A stretch of 58,049 nucleotides of DNA, taken from Octopus bimaculoides. Its lineage: Eukaryota. The stretch is taken from NCBI RefSeq assembly GCF_001194135.2, contig NC_068993.1, forward strand, positions 22,957,719 through 23,015,767. Direction: 5' to 3'. Position numbers and translations under genes: made by a program. A model generated the notes under the pieces. The model was not told where the DNA came from. It searched no databases and was given only the letters and a program-made list of their open reading frames with translations. Of the stretch, positions 54,332 through 58,049 are shown in pieces (the stretch's first letter is position 1; each line of letters begins with the position of its first letter).

Positions 54332-55200
54332 ATGAAAAGGTACGCCTCAATCGTTGCCATAAAAGCGCAGCATAGTGTTGCAGAGATAGCTCGCTTGTTG
54401 AACGTTGACCAATAACTTCACTGTCAAAGTTCGAAAGGAGCTAGAAGCTGCTGGCGGGGATCCAACATCAGTAGCTAATTACAAACCGCATTCATATGCT
54501 CTTAATGCATCAGAACACAAAACTTAATACGAAATGTCCAATTGATAAATTCCCCAGAAAGCCAATCAGAGGTATAGCAAAGACCTCTGTGCCTCAGAAT
54601 TCACCAGCAGAAATTTTGTGCACAGAGAATCCGGTAAAAGTCGTTTGTAATGCGGAGGAGTCAATTTATTTCGGATGTGGCAAGGGATAATCGTTCGATC
54701 CGGGCAAAGCGCTTGCTAAATAAGTCAAAACCCCAAGAGGCTGGAATGTTTTGGTTTTTCTCCAATGAGAAAAACTTCCATCAGGACCAAAAATTAAACA
54801 GAGAGAACAACAGGGGATTATGCAGAGAACTGAAAGAGGTTCCAACGCTCATGCAAACTAAGTAACCAGCAACTGTAATAGTTATGAGAGTCATCAGAAA
54901 GAGACACGCTATACCTCGTCACTTTTATCATGTAATAAAAAAAATGCCGCTATCTACAAAGTGGTGTTGAAGATAGTCGTAAGGCCCTGGATAGACAGAT
55001 TACGCAACGGAAAAATCGTACATCATCCAACATGACTCAGCGCATCTCATAAGGCTATGAATAGTCAAGCGTGGATGTGTACCGAAATCCATGAATATGT
55101 TCTCTCAGACACTAGGCCTCCTATCTCACCATACTCAATCCATTGTACTGCTACGTATGTGGCATAGTCGTGCGAGAGGTAAATCAACACCCACGAAACC
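54332..55200 (+). mobile_element. Degraded maT (DD37D) Tc1/mariner-superfamily transposase
   Basis: MKRYASIV...AEIARLLNV, RAKRLLNK, WFFSNEKNFHQDQKLNRENNR, VVRPWI, QHDSA and SP(Y)..NPL(Y)CYV.GIV. Restoring two 1-nt deletions gives 37 residues between the 2nd and 3rd catalytic positions. Confidence 0.75.
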
Positions 55201-55689
55201 GGACACGTCAATGCTTCCTACCCTGTGTTGAAGGAACCGTTGATACTAACAGTGTAATAAAAGGATTTTCAAGATAATTTGTACCAATTTGTTTTGAAAA
55301 CAGCTTTTCATAGCTGAAATAAGCGTCTTTTCCTTAATCCATACAAGTGATCTCAGAAAAATGACTCAGCATCTATATATGGGTCAATATAAAATATTCA
55401 TATTTGAATGGAAATTTTATAACTAATGTAATCGACATGAATCTGTTTCTGTTATAATCAAGCATTGGAAGAATGAATAAACACTTTATTTATTTATTTA
55501 TTTATTTTAATCCTTTTTCGACAATCACCTTACATTATATAAAGTGAGCATGTTATGAGGATATCATATACGAAAAAAGGAAAGTGCTGGTATTAAGTTG
55601 ACTATTGAACTATTTGGGGCACAAACTTAATGTTTAACCGAAACTTCTCGTTGATCGACCAACTCTAAGATTAAAAGGTGTACATTTGT

Positions 55690-55758
55690 AGCCAACCTCA
55701 TATCATTCCTGTCAGTTTATATCATTCCTGTCAGCCAACCTCATATCATTCCTGTCAG
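55690..55758. repeat. Imperfect short tandem repeat
   Basis: ATATCATTCCTGTCAG x3, with GCCAACCTC preceding the first and third units. Confidence 0.9.
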
Positions 55759-57439
55759 ACGACATTATTCGCTGTCATACGTTTGAACCTTTAAAGCATT
55801 CTACGAAGGCGATTTGGTGTTAAACGACCGCATGAAAAGTACTTAGTCTGCTGAAGGAAATGAGTTTTATGATAAAAATATCCCATCTCTGGTTTCTATA
55901 AGAGGAAGCTATTTCCCTTCTTGAATAAGGACTAACATAATATTTTCTTGTCAGATAACTGAAATTTACTGGTAACTATTGATTTCTATTACCTCTTATA
56001 TTACACCAAATCCGCATGTCATCTCAATAGTATTCATGATAAACGGTTTTGATACATAAATGTTTAGGCTGTGGAGATGATTTCAAACAATTCTGAGTTT
56101 AAGACAGGAGATAACTAACGATGATTGATCTTATTGAACATATCTAATTCATCTAAACTGATCAGATCGTCTAAATACAGATAGTGATCAATCATCCGCC
56201 TTGATTTATCATAAAGACTAGGATTAAACCTGCATTAACACCTTTTTATTCATGTATGTTTTTGCATGTCAAACGGGACTAGAAATGAAAAGCCTCTTCC
56301 TTTTTATTAGTACATTTCCCACAGTCTTTGATTTGTATTACTTAATTATGCCCCTATAAATATCGACTATATTCAGTTCTCCGCGTCTTTTGAGAACATC
56401 ACGAAAATAATCCGCTCATAAATGTGAAGGGACCAAATCAAATTGCAGGTCTCAGTATACTTCATCTAAACCTAGAAAAGTTACATACATAGAAAGAAAA
56501 ATTACGCCGAGTGAAATTACTTTATTAACACGTAAGTAATTTTTAATGAATGCATATTACAAGGAAGATGCATTTTATATGGTGTGTTTCTCTAGTATGC
56601 GGAAGATAATGTCAGTAACACAACAAATCTTCTATTACATTACATTAAACTGAAAGTCAGGACGGACTCGAAAGTCTAATATCACCAATCTACACTGAAT
56701 ATCATTAATTTTTGTCAGGTAATGCTTCGACCAGCTATTTTTTAGAGCCGTGGTTCCAAACTGTTTCGCATTGATTGCATTTCTTTTTCAGATCGTTTTT
56801 AAGCGCTATTTTCTAAACTCCAGTGACTCACAGAAAAATAATGGAGGGCATCAGCCACTTTTGGTCACCCCATCTTTGTATACCTAGGCAAACAAAGTAC
56901 ATGGTAACACTTCAATCAATTAAGATCAGAAGATATATGTATATACATCCAACTAGAAAAATTAATTTTACATATTAATTAATTCAAAATAAAAGGTTAC
57001 AAAATAATTTAACATAATTTTCTAATTAATAAAGTGTAAATTCAGGTAAGATAACTATTCTAGTATTCATTGCAACAGAAGCGATAAAGTAACTAAGTAA
57101 GAATAAACATAAAACTTTAATGAAATTCATAATTAACATTTAATGTAATATTAGGTTAAGATATTAATCATATTTGATACTTGATATTCTATTTTTCATT
57201 GCGGAGAAAATGAAAATAATTGTGTAATCTTTACGAGATTTCACTTAGCTTGTTTATTTATTCTTAAGCTCAGTCTTAAAAAAGCGTCTATACTTATGAA
57301 AATATTCACTTGTTACTTTCACAAAACAATAAAAAAGACATTTCCGTCTCATGAATCCTCATTGGATTTAAAACGATATTTTTAATTTTTGGCAGGACAT
57401 CTATTACTTAATAATGAGGAAACAGTAAATTATTTACAT

Positions 57440-57690
57440 CTATTGTAGATCATTTGTTTCCAAACCGATCAATCTTGCGTCATCTGCTCCCTGTCTTCAA
57501 CTTCCACAATAAGAGCCTTAAGGTTGCTTTTGTCAACATCCCTAAAACGTTTCTTAGGTTTATGTGTCGGAAGTTTGCCACGCTGCAGCTCCCCGTAAAA
57601 CAACTGTTTTGACAATCCGTCATCCTGCATCCTAGCAAGGTGCCCAACCCAACGCATCTGATTGCTTATGAGGATCATTTCAATACTGAA
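57440..57690 (-). mobile_element. RTE-clade LINE 3' fragment
   Basis: QMRWVGHLARMQDDGLSKQLFYGELQRGK...KPKKRFRD, the typical RTE C-terminus. Confidence 0.85.
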
Positions 57691-57836
57691 TGTGTTAGCT
57701 TACCGTAGTCTCCTTTAGAGAGACTTAGAAATATTAATATCTCTATTTCTGAAAACCAGTGGATGTATTCCACTGAAATTAGGTAAATAATCCTTCGTAC
57801 AGACGGTCAGTAGCGACGCCTGATGGGTTCGGCTGT

Positions 57837-57878
57837 TCTACATTGATAAGGGGCAATACCCCGAAAGTAGTCTGTAGA
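57837..57878 (+). ncRNA. Type I minimal hammerhead-like motif with mutated core
   Basis: TCTACA-TTGATAA-GGGG-CAATA-CCCC-GAAA-GTA-GTC-TGTAGA: perfect 6-bp stem I, 4-bp stem II, GAAA and GUC in register. The core deviates from CTGATGA at two positions. Confidence 0.6.
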
Positions 57879-58049
57879 TGCCAGACCAGCAAGGGGAGCG
57901 GCTGACCTCCCCTGTCCGAAGGTTATAATGGACACAGGTTCGTGTGATACATAGCTAGCTAGAGGCGATGGCCTCTTGGAGCTAATCAACGGCAGCATTC
58001 GTCCTATTTTGGACTGCCATGTTGGCTTGGTGATAACTATTTATATATA

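Noticed and set aside
57880-57995. Possible HDV-like ribozyme (GCTAA after the AGAGG/CCTCT hairpin)
   Set aside because: Could not assign P1, P1.1, P3/L3 and P2 in the required nested-pseudoknot order.

Overview
AT-rich, microsatellite- and transposon-dense eukaryotic DNA with 11 assembly gaps and no recognisable host protein-coding gene or intact ORF. The SINE and microsatellite content looks like an octopus-type cephalopod genome (inference from recalled repeat families, not a search). Identifiable content is decayed mobile DNA: two Penelope-like elements (PLEs) with GIY-YIG endonuclease, a full-length mariner with TIRs, a DD37D maT remnant, a hAT remnant, a Helitron N-terminal fragment, a MITE, RTE-clade LINE pieces, a Tx1/L1-type LINE in two halves, six R4/Dong-type (RLE) retrotransposon fragments and at least four tRNA-derived SINE families. 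Three observations stand out. (1) There are several type I hammerhead-ribozyme-like motifs; the best is at 53868-53912 (minus), another is at 57837-57878 (plus), and a three-copy family is tied to the 3' repeat of a Neptune-type PLE. (2) R4/Dong-like elements sit inside (TAA)n microsatellites. (3) A Tx1-like LINE has its 3' half upstream of its 5' half with apparently complementary breakpoints. Boundaries of degraded elements are approximate and all translations were done by eye.
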